Source of the DNA: Octopus sinensis
Lineage: Eukaryota
Assembly: GCF_006345805.1 (NCBI RefSeq)
Contig: NC_042998.1
Location: forward strand, 8,990,001-9,054,000
Length of the DNA: 64,000 nt
Direction: 5' to 3'
In this document: in pieces, positions 35,555 through 49,548 of the stretch
How the letters are laid out: each line of letters begins with the position of its first letter
Numbering within the stretch: the stretch's first letter is position 1
Notes under the pieces: generated by a model
The model's input: the letters and a program-made list of their open reading frames with translations, nothing else
Databases searched by the model: none
Told to the model about the DNA's origin: nothing
Program-made: the position numbers and the translations under genes

Positions 35555-37163
35555 TCTCTTATTATAAAAGGCAGATTTTATCTGCCTCCTTTGGGAGTTA
35601 TACAAATCTACAATATAGGATTTCTTCAATTACAATTTACCTAGCATTTTTAAGAGTACAATGCATCGCGTCATGCCAGGTCCAGTTTTTAAAATTTAAA
35701 CTCCAATTAAGCAAAATTTACAGAAAACTCACATTCTGGTGTGTGTGTCAAATGCTTTTCTTAGTCTGGTTTACACCACACGCAAACGCACACACACAGT
35801 GTGCAACGAATAAAATGAAAGTAAATAGCGACAGAGTGATTTGAGGAAGACTAAACTGAAAGTATTAAACCACTACTCAAAAAATAAAAAAACACAGCAA
35901 ACAGAAACAAATAAATACATAACCATTTACTCCTCACACAATTTCTTCAATTAGAATTTACCTAAGATTTTTCAGAGTACTTCAGTGGGTGATGCCATAA
36001 AAAATTTCTCTTAATTTTACCACCAATTAAGACAAAATTCGAGAAAACTCAATATTTTAACATATCACTCCGAAAGCATTGATGTACATGTGTGCGTGCG
36101 TGAGTGTGTGTGTGTTATTCCTCACACACACGCATACACATACATATACAACTACATACAACTACATACACATACAACTACATACAAACACGTGTGTGTT
36201 TGTTATTAGTAAAAAAGGCGCCAAATCACAACTCACTTATCATTCCAACACATTTGCAAAGACACACGGACGGACAGAAAAGGTAAATTGGTTTTTATTT
36301 TACTCTGTATATATTTTATTATATAATATAGATATATGTATATATAATTGCAGTATGAAACAGTGTTATGTATAAACAGACGACACTTATATATAGTTAT
36401 TATAATAAGAGATTAATAAATGTATGCATCCGTTTAACCCTTTCGTTACCAAGCCGCCCGAATTTACCTATTCATATTTAAATGAGAATATCAGAGCAAA
36501 TCTCTTTAGTACATTCGTGAAAACACGTATTATACTTCGTAAAAACTTCAACTACAGTTTTGTACAAAAATCGAAGTGTAATTTTAATTCCGTGAATTAT
36601 GGGAGATTTTTTTCCGAAATTTGTTCCTATTGTGTTTTCCAAATTTGTAATTCTGACAAAAAATGGATACGAATTTCATTATATCAAGCAGCGAGTCAGA
36701 ATTCGAAGGATTTTCTACTGAAGACCTTCATAAATCTAACTCTATGACTGAAAAAAAAAAAGCATCTTTATATAAGAGTGAAGTTGTGTGGTGTCTGTCT
36801 CCTACGATTTAGATTCCTAACTACTCCCACATTTTGCGGTGCAGTTTAACCAAAAGCGGGTATCTTATAGTCGTGATTTATATCGAGCCCTTCTGGGTAT
36901 AAGCGTGCGTCTACGATGAGTCTACGATTTAAAAAAAATTTACCATCATATTTTTCCATTTTAATACATTTTTTTTCGCTTTTATATAAGGGAAGTAACT
37001 CTCTAAAAATATCTACGATGCGTCAACGATTTTAAAAAAAATTTACCTTAATTTTTTTTCAATTTTTAATGCATTTTTTTGCTATTTTTTGGCTATAACT
37101 CTCTAAAAATGCTTATATAGTTATTTCCCTTACAACCCGAGCAACGCCGGGCGATACTGCTAG
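35555..37163 (+). mobile_element. Composite Helitron unit U0 (family B 5' end, different cargo, family A 3' end)
   Basis: Starts A|TCTCTTATTATAAAAGG; contains family A from 36765; ends with the hairpin and CTAG. Confidence 0.78.
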
Positions 37164-39134
37164 TCTCTTATTATAAAAGGCAGATTTTATCTGCCTCCTT
37201 TGGGAGTTATACAAATCTACAATATAGGATTTCTTCAATTACAATTTACCTTGCATTTTTAAGAGTACAATGCATCGCGTCATGCCAGGTCCAGTTTTTA
37301 AAATTTCAACTCCAATTAAGCAAAATTTACAGAAAACTCACATTCTGGAGTGTGTGTCAAATGCTTTTCTTAGTCTGGTTTACAGCACACGCAAACGCAC
37401 ACACACAGTGGGCAACGAATAAAATGAAACTAATTCACTTACTGTAGTGAGTGATTCTTTCACTCTGCTCCCACTTCCTCTTTCCACACATAGACACGCA
37501 AATATATAAATAAAATTGTAAGCTAACGTGCGTGTGTGTGAGTGTGTGTGTGTGTGTGTGCGCGTGTGTGTGTGTGTGCGCGTGTGTGTGTGGTGTGAGG
37601 GTGCGTGTGTATGTGTGCGTGTGCGTGAGTGTGTGACAGGAAAGTTTTTACGACGAATATAAGACCTATATCCAAGTAGCAGAAAGATAAGACAGTAAGG
37701 TGTGATTTGAGGGAGATTTGGCTGCTATTTCTACCATGTCTAGCTGCCATGTAGGGGTCTCCCTCATAGGCTCATACATACATATATACATAGATAAGAC
37801 AGTAAGGTGTGATTTGGGGGAAATGTGGCTGCTATTTCTACCAGGTCTAGCTACCATGTAGAGGTCCCCCTCATTGGCTCATATATATATATACATACAT
37901 AAGACAGTAAGGTGTGATTTGAGGGAGATTTGGCTGCTGTTTCTACCAGGTCTGTTAGGCCTTCTCATGTAAACTCAAGCTTTCTCATGCCTTGAACATA
38001 AGACCAAAGCAGAGAATGTATTCTTTTATTCTTCTGCTTTTTCCAGCCATTGGTCTGTGGCCATGCTGGGGCAATGCCTTGAAGAATTGTAGTTTAATGA
38101 ATCAACTCCAGTTTTATTTTCGTAAGCATTGTACTTATTCTATCTGTTTTCTTTGTCAAACCACTAGGTGACAGGGATGTAAACAAACCAACATTCGTTG
38201 TCAAGCAGTGGTGGAGGACAATCACAAGCACAGACACGCACACACACACACATACATGCATACACATATACACACATACATACATACATACATATATATA
38301 TATGTGTGTATATATATATTGCAGCGTGGAAGGTGTTTGTAAGCCATTTAAGAAACACACAAAAACCGTTACATTCAATTCAACATTTAAATTTAATTTG
38401 CCAAAATATTTTCGTCGCTTTCAGACCGCGACCTGTTCACTGACAAAAATATCGTGCTTAACAGGTCGTGGTCTCAAAGCAACGAAAATATTTTGACAAA
38501 TTAAATTTAAATGTTGAAGTGAATCTAACGGTTTTTGTGTGTTTCTTAAATGGCTTATAAACACCTTCAACGCTGCAACTGTTTTCGTTCCAGCACACGA
38601 TCTCAGATCAAGTCACTTGCTATGCAAGTACATCTCTGTAACTATATATATATTTATATATATATATATATGTATATTGGTAAAAACAGTAAGATAACAA
38701 AAGAAAGAAAGAGACCTCAATATTATGTAAGTAGAGGTAATCTTTATATATAAAAGTGAGGTTGTGTGTCTGTCTCCTACGATTTAGATTCCTAACTACT
38801 CCCACATTTTGCGGTGCAGTTTAACCAAAACCGGGTATCTTATAGTCGTGATTCATATCGAGACCGTCTGGGTATTAGCGCGCGTCTACGATGAGTCTAC
38901 GATTTTAAAAAAATTTACCATCAATTTTTCCCATTTTTAATCCATTTTTGACATATATAAGGGAAGTAACTCTCTAAAATTTATTATTAAATCTCAGAAC
39001 GTAAAAATCTACAGTAACACCCCTCCCCCTTCGTGTTTAGCCATATTGAGATGGCTATTATACTTTACATCTCTAAAAATGCTTATATAATTATTTCCCT
39101 TACAAACCCGAGCAACGCCGGGCGATACTGCTAG
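37164..39134 (+). mobile_element. Composite Helitron unit U1
   Basis: TC start fused directly to the previous CTAG; cargo of 107-bp repeats, an inverted SINE piece and a fold-back MITE; family A hairpin and CTAG end. Confidence 0.82.
38319..38578. mobile_element. Fold-back MITE (~260 bp, ~120-bp TIRs), also carried in U2-U5
   Basis: ttgcagcgtggaaggtgtttg...cgacctgtt paired with aacaggtcg...aacaccttcaacgctgcaa. Confidence 0.85.
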
Positions 39135-39146
39135 TATATATATATA

Positions 39147-41094
39147 TCTCTTACTATAAAAGGCAGATTTTATCTGCCTCCCTTTGGGAGTTATACAAAT
39201 CTACAATATAGGATTTCTTCATTACAATTTACCTAGGATTTTTAAGAGTACAATGCATCGCGTCATGCCAGGTCCAGTTTTTAAAATTTAAACTCCAATT
39301 AAGCAAAATTTACAGAAAACTCACATTCTGGTGTGTGTGTCAAATGCTTTTCTTAGTCTGGTTTACACCACACGCAAACGCACACACACAGTGGGCAATG
39401 AATAAAATGAAAGTAATTCACTTACTGTAGTGAGTGATTCTTTCACTCTGCCGCCCACTTCCTCTTTCCACACATAGACACGCAAATATATAAATAAAAT
39501 TGTAAGCTAACGTGCGTGTGTGTGAGTGTGTGTGCGCGTGTGTGAGGGTGCGTGTGTGTGTGTGTGTGTGCGTGTGCGTGAGTGTGTGACAGGAAAGTTT
39601 TTACTACGAATATAAGACCTATATCCAAGTAGCAGAAAGATAAGACAGTAAGGTGTGATTTGAGGGAGATTTGGCTGCTATTTCTACCATGTCTAGCTGC
39701 CATGTAGTGGTCTCCCTCATAGGCTCATACATACATATATACATAGATAAGACAGTAAGGTGTGATTTGGGGGAAATTTGGCTGCTATTTCTACCAGGTC
39801 TAGCTACCATGTAGAAGTCCCCCTCATTGGCTCATATATATATACATACATAAGACAGTAAGGTGTGATTTGAGGGAGATTTGGCTGCTGTTTCTACCAG
39901 GTCTGTTAGGCCTTCTCATGTAAACTCAAGCTTTCTCATGCCTTGAACATAAGACCAAAGCAGAGAATGTATTCTTTTATTCTTCTGCTTTTTCCAGCCA
40001 TTGGTCTGTGGCCATGCTGGGGCAATGCCTTGAAGAATTGTAGTTTAATGAATCAACTCCAGTTTTATTTTTGTAAGCATTGTACTTATTCTATCTGTTT
40101 CCTTTGTCAAACCACTAGTGGACAGGGATGTAAACAAACCAACATTCGTTGTCAAGCAGTGGTGGAGGACAATCACAAGCACAGACACGCACACACACAC
40201 ACACATACATGCATACACATATACACACATACATACATACATGCATATATATATATATATGTGTATATATATATTGCAGCGTGGAAGGTGTTTGTAAGCC
40301 ATTTAAGAAACACACAAAAACCGTTACATTCACTTCAACATTTAAATTTAATTTGCCAAAATATTTTCGTCGCTTTGAGACCGCGACCTGTTCACTGACA
40401 AAAATATCGTGCTTAACAGGTCGTGGTCTCAAAGCGACGAAAATATTTGACAAATTAAATTTAAATGTTGAAGTGAATCTAACGGTTTTTATGTGTTTCT
40501 TAAATGGCTTATAAACACCTTCAACGCTGCAACTGTTTTCGTTCCAGCACACGATCTCAGATCAAGTCACTTGCTATGCAAGTACACATCTGTAACTATA
40601 TATATATTTATATATATATATATATATATATGTATATTGGTAAAAACAGTAAGATAACAAAAGAAAGAAAGAGACCTCAATATTATGTAAATAGAGGAAA
40701 TCTTTATATATAAAAGTGAGGTTGTGTGTCTGTCTCCTACGATTTAGATTCCTAACTACTCCCACATTTTGCGGTGCAGTTTAACCAAAACCGGGTATCT
40801 TATAGTCGTGATTTATATCGAGACCGTCTGGGTATTAGCGCGCATATACGATGAGTCTACGATTTAAAAAAAATTTACCATAAATTTTTCCCATTTTTAA
40901 TCCATTTTTGACATATATAAGGGAAGTAACTCTCTAAAATTTATTATTAAATCTCAGAACGTAAAAAGCTACAGTAACAACCCTCCCCCTTTGTGGTTAG
41001 CCATATTGAGATGGCTATTATACTTTACATCTCTAAAAATGCTTATATAATTATTTCCCTTACAAACCCGAGCAACGCCGGGCGATACTGCTAG
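39147..41094 (+). mobile_element. Composite Helitron unit U2
   Basis: Same organisation as U1; TC...CTAG termini. Confidence 0.82.
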
Positions 41095-41128
<34 letters not shown>

Positions 41129-41188
41129 ATATAATATATATATATATATATAATATATATATATATAATATATATATATTATATATAT

Positions 41189-42642
41189 GGGACTAATAGG
41201 TGTAAAACGTCGATTTGTCTGTTTCGACGTTGAGTAGAACACTGGCACAGTTTAGGCAACCTGTTTTCATCCAAGGGATCTACTTCAGGAGCTCCGCAGT
41301 GTCAGCTAGGGTAATTATATTAATTAAGTAACGAGCAGATGGTATAAAACTCTACACTGTAAAACGTTTGATTCGATCCGTCTTGCTATTGTCATTTATG
41401 TGTGGGACTCCATGCAAAATGTTGTGCTACATCGATTTTGCTGTCTCGATCTCATCCGGTACATTGATAGATAAAGTTCTGTCTCACTTAAGATCTCGAT
41501 TCTCGGCTGTTATTTTGTTAAAGTTTAATATCGAAACTATCTTCTTGTTATTTAATTAATATAATTACTGTGTGCGTGTGTGTGGTGTGTGCGTGTGTGA
41601 GCGTGGGTGTGAGTGTAGATATATGTCCCTTTATGTCTGTGTTTCTACCCCCCCCCCCACCATCAGTGGACAACCGGAAACACTAGAAAAAGTTCAAATC
41701 AGGCAACTTAGCGGTTCGTCAAAAGTACCCGATAGAATAAAACCTGCACTTCCAAAAATTAGATCTTGGGTTCGATTTCTTCGTGTAAAATCCCTTAAAG
41801 TGGTGCTCAAGCATGGCCGCAGACAAATGACAGAAAGAAGTAACAGAATAAAAGAAGAAAAAATAAGTGTTTGAGAGAGAGAGAAAGAGAGAGAGGGAAG
41901 GATTGATAAAATCAACAAAACTTACCTTAAAATTTTGTTCTGTTTTTATCTGTATCCTAGTTACAACAAAACGCAGTGACAACAAAAACTTCTCTGATTC
42001 TGCCCGTCACTCACTCCCCTTCCCTTTGTTATTATAATATACTCTACGGGTACGATATCACGCAATCTATTTTATCTTTAACAAAATATCTGCGGCAAGG
42101 TCACGGAAATAGTTAACATTGTATAATGGAGAGTGGGAATAATTCAATTGTTATTATTATTTTTATTGTTAAAGTGAAAGTATCTGACATAAAATAGAGA
42201 AATATTTTTGTTTCACTTTTAACACGTAATACTGAAATAGTGGAGAAGATATGATATTGCTATGGGCTCGCTCTAGGCAAGAAGTTGAACATTTTTTTTT
42301 GCCCATGAAACTACATGGACCCAAAGTAAGGCATGTGTAAAATTTGAATGAAATTGGTTGTGTAGTTCTCAAGTTTTAGGAAATCGTAGTGGAGAAGATA
42401 TGATATTGCTGTGGGCTCGCCCTAGGCAAAAAGTTAAATTTTTTTGCCGATGACACTCCCCATACCCTAAGTAAGGCATGTGTAAAATTTGAATGAAATT
42501 GATTGTGTAGTTCTCAAGTTTTAGGGAAACACACAGACAGACAGACAGACACACATTCTCAGTTTTATATATATAAAGATTTATTCATATGATATATGTG
42601 TTTGTGAGTGTATGTATGTATATATGTGTATATGTTTATGTA
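41189..42642. repeat. Segment X, copy 1 (22-bp inverted-repeat element, SINE remnant, inverted Helitron-like 5' end)
   Basis: Near-identical to 46509-47961; inverted repeats at 41311-41332 and 41547-41568; minus-strand TCTTTATATATATAAAA...TGTCTGTCTG start at 42579. Confidence 0.9.
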
Positions 42643-44458
42643 TCTCTTATTATAAAAGGCAGATTTTATCTGCCTCCCTTTGGGAGTTATACAAATCTAC
42701 AATATAGGATTTCTTCAATTACAATTTACCTTTTATTTTTAAGAGTACAATGCATCGCGTCATGCCAGGTCCAGTTTATAAAATTTAAACTCCAGTTAAG
42801 CAAAGTTTACAGAAAACTCACATTCTGGTGTGTGTGTCAAATGCTTTTCTTAGTCTGGTTTACACCACACGCAAACGCACACACACAGTGGGCAACGAAT
42901 AAAATGAAAGTAATTGACTTACTGTAGTGAGTGATTCTTTCACTCTGCCTCCCACTTCCTCTTTCCACACAGACACGCAATATATAAATAAAATTGTAAG
43001 CTAACGTGCGTGTGTGTGAGTGGGTGTGTGTGGGTGTGCGCGTGTGTGTGTGGGTGAGGGTGCGTGTGTGTGTGTGTCTGTGTGTGTGCGTGTGCGTTAG
43101 TGTGTGACAGGAAAGTTTTTTTACGACGAGTATAACACCTATATCCAAGTAGCGGAAAGATAAGACAGTAAGGTGTGATTTGAGGGAGATTTGGCTGCTA
43201 TTTCTACCATGTCTAGCTGCCATGTAGGGGTCTCCCTCATAGGCTCATACATACATATATACATAGATAAGACAGTAAGATGTGATTTGGGGGAAATTTG
43301 GCTGCTATTTCTACCAGGTCTAGCTGCCATGTAGGGGTCTCCCTCATAGGCTCATACATACATATATACATAGATAAGACAGTAAGGTGTGATTTGGGGG
43401 AAATTTGTCTGCTATTTCTACCAGGTCTAGCTGCCATGTAGGGGTCTCTCTCATTGGCTCATACATACATATATACATAGATAAGACAGTAAGGTGTCTA
43501 TGGGACAGGTATGTAAACAAACCAACATTCGTTGTCAAGCAGTGGTGGAGGACAATCACAAGCACAGACACGCACACACACACATATACATGCATACACA
43601 TATACACACATACATACATATATATATATGTGTGTATATATATATTGCAGCGTTGAAGGTGTTTGTAAGCCATTTAAGAAACACACAAAAACCGTTACAT
43701 CCACTTCAACATTTAAATTTAATTTGCCAAAATATTTTCGTCGCTTTCAGACCGCGACCTGTTCGCTGACAAAAATATCGTGCTTAACAGGTCGTGGTCT
43801 CAAAGCGACGAAAATATTTTGACAAATTAAATTTAAATGTTGAAGTGAATCTAACGGTTTTTGTGTGTTTCTTAAATGGCTTATAAACACCTTCAACGCT
43901 GCAACTGTTTTCGTTCCAGCACACGATCTCAGATCAAGTCACTTGCTATGCAAGTACATCTCTGTAACTATATATATATTATATATATTATATATATGTA
44001 TATTGGTAAAAACAGTAAGATAACAAAAGAAAGAAGAGACCTCAATATTATGTAAATAGAGGAAATCTTTATATATAAAAGTGAGGTTGTGTGTCTGTCT
44101 CCTACGATTTAGATTCCTAACAACTCCCACATTTTGCGGTGCAGTTTAACCAAAACCGGTATCTTATAGTCGTGATTCATATCGAGACCGTCTGGGTATT
44201 AGCGCGCGTCTACGATGAGTCTACGATTTAAAAAAAATTTACCATCAATTTTTCCCATTTTTAATCCATTTTTGACATATATAAGGGAAGTAACTCTCTA
44301 AAATTTATTATTAAATCTCAGAACGTAAAAACCTACAGTAACACCCCTCCCCCTTTGTGGTTAGCCATATTGAGATGGCTATTATACTTTACATCTCTAA
44401 AAATGCTTATATAATTATTTCCCTTACAAACCCGAGCAACGCCGGGCGATACTGCTAG
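42643..44458 (+). mobile_element. Composite Helitron unit U3 (extra 107-bp repeat, part of SINE piece deleted)
   Basis: A|TC start and CTAG end; shares diagnostic bases with U1. Confidence 0.82.
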
Positions 44459-44474
44459 TATATATATATATATA

Positions 44475-45552
44475 TCTCTTATTATAAAAGGCAGATTTTA
44501 TCTGCCTCCCTTTGGGAGTTATACAAATCTACAATATAGGATTTCTTCAATTACAATTTACCTAGGATTTTTAAGAGTACAATGCATCGCGTCATGCCAT
44601 GTCCAGTTTTTAAAATTTCAACTCCAATTAAGCAAAATTTACAGAAAACTCACATTCTGGTGTGTGTGTCAAATGCTTTTCTTAGTCTGGTTTACACCAC
44701 ACGCAAACGCACACACACAGTGGGCAATGAATAAAATGAAAGTAATTCACTTACTGTAGTGAGTGATTCTTTTACTCTGCCGCCCACTTCCTCTTTCCAC
44801 ACATAGACACGCAAATATATAAATAAAATTGTAAGCTAACGTGCGTGTGTGTGAGTGTGTGTGCGCGTGTGTGAGGGTGCGTGTGTGTGTGTTTGTGCGT
44901 GTGCGTGAGTGTGTGACAGGAAAGTTTTTTACTACGAATATAAGACCTATATCCAAGTAGCAGAAAGATAAGACAGTAAGGTGTGATTTGAGGGAGATTT
45001 GGCTGCTATTTCTACCATGTCTAGCTGCCATGTAGGGGTCTCCCTCATAGGCTCATACATACATATATACATAGATAAGACAGTAAGGTGTGATTTGGGG
45101 GAAATTTGGCTGCTATTTCTACCAGGTCTAGCTACCATGTAGAAGTCCCCCTCATTGGCTCATATATATATACATACATAAGACGGTAAGGTGTGATTTG
45201 AGGGAGATTTGGCTGCTGTTTCTACCAGGTCTGTTAGGCCTTCTCATGTAAACTCAAGCTTTCTCATGCCTTGAACATAAGACCAAAGCAGAGAATGTAT
45301 TCTTTTATTCTTCTGCTTTTTCCAGCCATTGGTCTGTGGCCATGCTGGGGCAATGCCTTGAAGAATTGTAGTTTAATGAATCAACTCCAGTTTTATTTTT
45401 GTAAGCATTGTACTTATTCTATCTGTTTCCTTTGTCAAACCACTAGGTGACAGGGATGTAAACAAACCAACATTCGTTGTCAAGCAGTGGTGGAGGACAA
45501 TCACAAGCACAGACACGCACACACACACACATACATGCATACACATATACAC

Positions 45553-45587
<35 letters not shown>

Positions 45588-46425
45588 TATATGTGTATAT
45601 ATATATTGCAGCGTGGAAGGTGTTTGTAAGCCATTTAAGAAACACACAAAAACCGTTACATTCACTTCAACATTTAAATTTAATTTGCCAAAATATTTTC
45701 GTCGCTTTGAGACCGCGACCTGTTCACTGACAAAAATATCGTGCTTAACAGGTCGTGGTCTCAAAGCGACGAAAATATTTTGACAAATTAAATTTAAATG
45801 TTGAAGTGAATCTAACGGTTTTTGTGTTTCTTAAATGGCTTATAAACACCTTCAACGCTGCAGCTGTTTTCGTTCCAGCACACGATCTCAGATCAAGTCA
45901 CTTGCTATGCAAGTACATCTCTGTAACTATATATATATTTATATATATATATATATGTATATATGTATATTGGTAAAAACAGTAAGATAACAAAAGAAAG
46001 AAAGAGACCTCAATATTATGTAAATAGAGGAAATCTTTATATATAAAAGTGAGGTTGTATGTCTGTCTCCTACGATTTAGATTCCTAACAACTCCCACAT
46101 TTTGCGGTGCAGTTTAACCAAAACCGGGTATCTTATAGTCGTGATTTATATCGAGACCGTCTGGGTATTAGCGCGCATATACGATGAGTCTACGATTTAA
46201 AAAAATTTACCATAAATTTTTCCCATTTTTAATCCATTTTTGACATATATAAGGGAAGTAACTCTCTAAAATTTATTATTAAATCTCAGAACGTAAAAAG
46301 CTACAGTAACAACCCTCCCCCTTTGTGGTTAGCCATATTGAGATGGCTATTATACTTTACATCTCTAAAAATGCTTATATAATTATTTCCCTTACAAACC
46401 CGAGCAACGCCGGGCGATACTGCTA

Positions 46426-46426
<1 letters not shown>
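44475..46426 (+). mobile_element. Composite Helitron unit U4
   Basis: TC...CTAG termini; shares diagnostic bases with U2. Confidence 0.82.
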
Positions 46427-46508
<82 letters not shown>

Positions 46509-46510
<2 letters not shown>

Positions 46511-47961
46511 GACTAATAGGTGTAAAACGTCGATTTGTCTGTTTCGACGTTGAGTAGAACACTGGCACAGTTTAGGCAACCTGTTTTCATCCAAGGGATC
46601 TACTTCAGGAGCTCCGCAGTGTCAGCTAGGGTAATTATATTAATTAAGTAACGAGCAGATGGTATAAAACTCTACACTGTAAAACGTTTGATTCGATCCG
46701 TCTTGCTATTGTCATTTATGTGTGGGACTCCATGCAAAATGTTGTGCTACATCGATTTTGCTGTCTCGATCTCATCCGGTACATTGATAGATAAAGTTCT
46801 GTCTCACTTAAGATCTCGATTCTCGGCTGTTATTTTGTTAAAGTTTAATATCGAAACTATCTTCTTGTTATTTAATTAATATAATTACTGTGTGCGTGTG
46901 TGTGTGTGTGTGCGTGTGTGAGCGTGGGTGTGAGTGTAGATATATGTCCCTTTATGTCTGTGTTTCTACCCCCCCCCACCATCAGTGGACAACCGGAAAC
47001 ACTAGAAAAAGTTCAAATCAGGCAACTTAGCGGTTCGTCAAAAGTACCCGATAGAATAAAACCTGCACTTCCAAAAATTAGGTCTTGGGTTCGATTTCTT
47101 CGTGTAAAATCCCTTAAAGTGGTGCTCAAGCATGGCCGCAGACAAATGACAGAAAGAAGTAACAGAATAAAAGAAGAAAAAATAAGTGTTTGAGAGAGAG
47201 AGAAAGAGAGAGAGGGAAGGATTGATAAACTCAACAAAACTTACCTTAAAATTTTGTTCTGTTTTTATCTGTATCCTAGTTACAACAAAACGCAGTGACA
47301 ACAAAAACTTCTCTGATTCTGCCCGTCACTCACTCCCCTTCCCTTTGTTATTATAATATACTCTACGGGTACGATATCACGCAATCTATTTTATCTTTAA
47401 CAAAATATCTGCGGCAAGGTCACGGAAATAGTTAACATTGTATAATGGAGAGTGGGAATAATTCAATTGTTATTATTATTTTTATTGTTAAAGTGAAAGT
47501 ATCTGACATAAAATAGAGAAATATTTTTGTTTCACTTTTAACACGTAATACTGAAATAGTGGAGAAGATATGATATTGCTATGGGCTCGCTCTAGGCAAG
47601 AAGTTGAACATTTTTTTTTGCCCATGAAACTACATGGACCCAAAGTAAGGCATGTGTAAAATTTGAATGAAATTGGTTGTGTAGTTCTCAAGTTTTAGGA
47701 AATCGTAGTGGAGAAGATATGATATTGCTGTGGGCTCGCCCTAGGCAAAAAGTTAAATGTTTTTGCCGATGACACTCCCCATACCCTAAGTAAGGCATGA
47801 GTAAAATTTGAATGAAATTGATTGTGTAGTTCTCAAGTTTTAGGGAAACACACAGACAGACAGACAGACACACATTCTCAGTTTTATATATATAAAGATT
47901 TATTCATATGATATATGTGTTTGTGAGTGTATGTATGTATATATGTGTATATGTTTATGTA
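46509..47961. repeat. Segment X, copy 2
   Basis: Duplicate of 41189-42642, but followed by ordinary flank instead of a Helitron. Confidence 0.9.
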
Positions 47962-48236
47962 TGTGTATATAAATGTATATGTATATATATTTATTTATGT
48001 GTGTGGGGAGGTATATATGTGTATGTGTATGTATTGCGTATCGTATGTATATATATATATGTATATATAAACAAATCAAATTGCGATAAAATAAAAATAA
48101 TTATAATCGCTGGTATTACTAACACAAGCCATATATTTTTCATATATCAGTACATTAAGGCGAAATATGTGCTAGGAATACAGAAGCTTGATAAATTAAG
48201 TGAAATGAAGATAAAAACATTTACTAAACCGGTAAT

Positions 48237-48308
48237 TCTCAGACTGCAGTTTCTTTCTTTTCAGCAATAAAGATAATTTATTTGCTCAGGGAGAATTCTT
48301 CAGTGAGA
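48237..48308 (-). ncRNA. Type I hammerhead ribozyme (near-intact)
   Basis: On the minus strand: stem I tctca/tgaga; CTGAAGA; stem II ttct/agaa with an A-A first pair; GAAA; palindromic ACTGCAGT; GUC. Confidence 0.75.
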
Positions 48309-49548
48309 CCCTGTCTTTCTGGGACCCTAACTCACTAGAAGCATGTGCTTCTAATGATTTACTCTCCCTAACTAATCATATCACTGCGCAGACTCCGAAC
48401 GTCCCGACAAAACTAGGGAATTCTGGTATATCGCCTGGCGCTCGTAATTTATCGAGAAATATGTAAACAAATCAATATATATGTATATATGTATACGCAT
48501 GTACAGTTATACCTCAAATTATGATAAGTATTTTAAGAGACATTGGTTTTGATCACTAATTTTAGCTTATAATTAAAAGAGTAATTTGGGAAGAATTTAA
48601 TAGTACGTCGGGGGGTTACTATAATTTTTTTAATATATTTATAAATCATATAAGATTTTTAGAGTATATATAATAATTAGTGGCTTTTAATTATTTAATT
48701 TATTTAGTATTAAGTATATTATTTTGGTGTGGAATCCCGAGTTTGACTAAGCACATTTTTTGCGCACGTGAGTTTTAAATTGGTTTTAATCAGCGGTGAG
48801 TTTTAGTCACCGTTGGTGTAAATGAAGGGTGATAAATCCATCCCATCCCCAGCATGAAGCGCTGATTCCTTAAAAAAGACTACCAGAAACTCCAGATACA
48901 TATACATATGGCTGAAAGCGGGCCAGTGAAAGAATGTTTAAAAAAACACCAATTTATCGTGAATTACTTCCAATTTCTCGATTCGGATCTTTTCATTATC
49001 GTGGCCAGGACCGCAGATCTTTCTAGTTAACTAAATAATTTGAAACTTCGTGTACTGGTAGAGTGTCTCAAAACAAGACACTAATTCCAACTTGTTTATT
49101 TGAGAAAAATCTATTTTATGACTTTAATCGTACATTAAATCTGCGAATTTTAACCAATCATGTTGTCTGTATTGATCTAAAATTATTCGCTGCATAGTGT
49201 TAACTGTGACGTAGAAAGCTATTTTATCGTAAACAACTTTTTCGTACACAAATTTTATCGTACACAGCTTTTTCAGTTCCCTAGAATTATATTTGAAACA
49301 AAATAAAAAGAAAAAGATTCATACGCATAAATATCCATCCTTAGACATCAGAAAGATTAGAAATGCAACAAAAATTTAAAATACCGTATCTTTACCTTTC
49401 AAACTTCGTGGAGTATATATAAAATTTGTGTAGATCCTGAGTATATATAAAATGAGTGTTTAAATTATTTTTCATTGTTTGCATTGGTTATGCATATATT
49501 TATTTTTATACACACACACATGTATACAAACAAATGCATATATATATA

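Noticed and set aside
36718-36760. CTGAAGA...GAAA inside Helitron unit U0
   Set aside because: It is followed by poly(A); no stem II, III or I.
41255-41295. Minus-strand CTGAAGT-ag-atcc-ctt-ggat-GAAA in segment X
   Set aside because: A9 is missing and there is no stem III or stem I partner.
48265-48468. 67-codon open frame after a possible splice acceptor
   Set aside because: It overlaps the antisense hammerhead element, has no donor or recognisable motif, and a chance ORF is likely.
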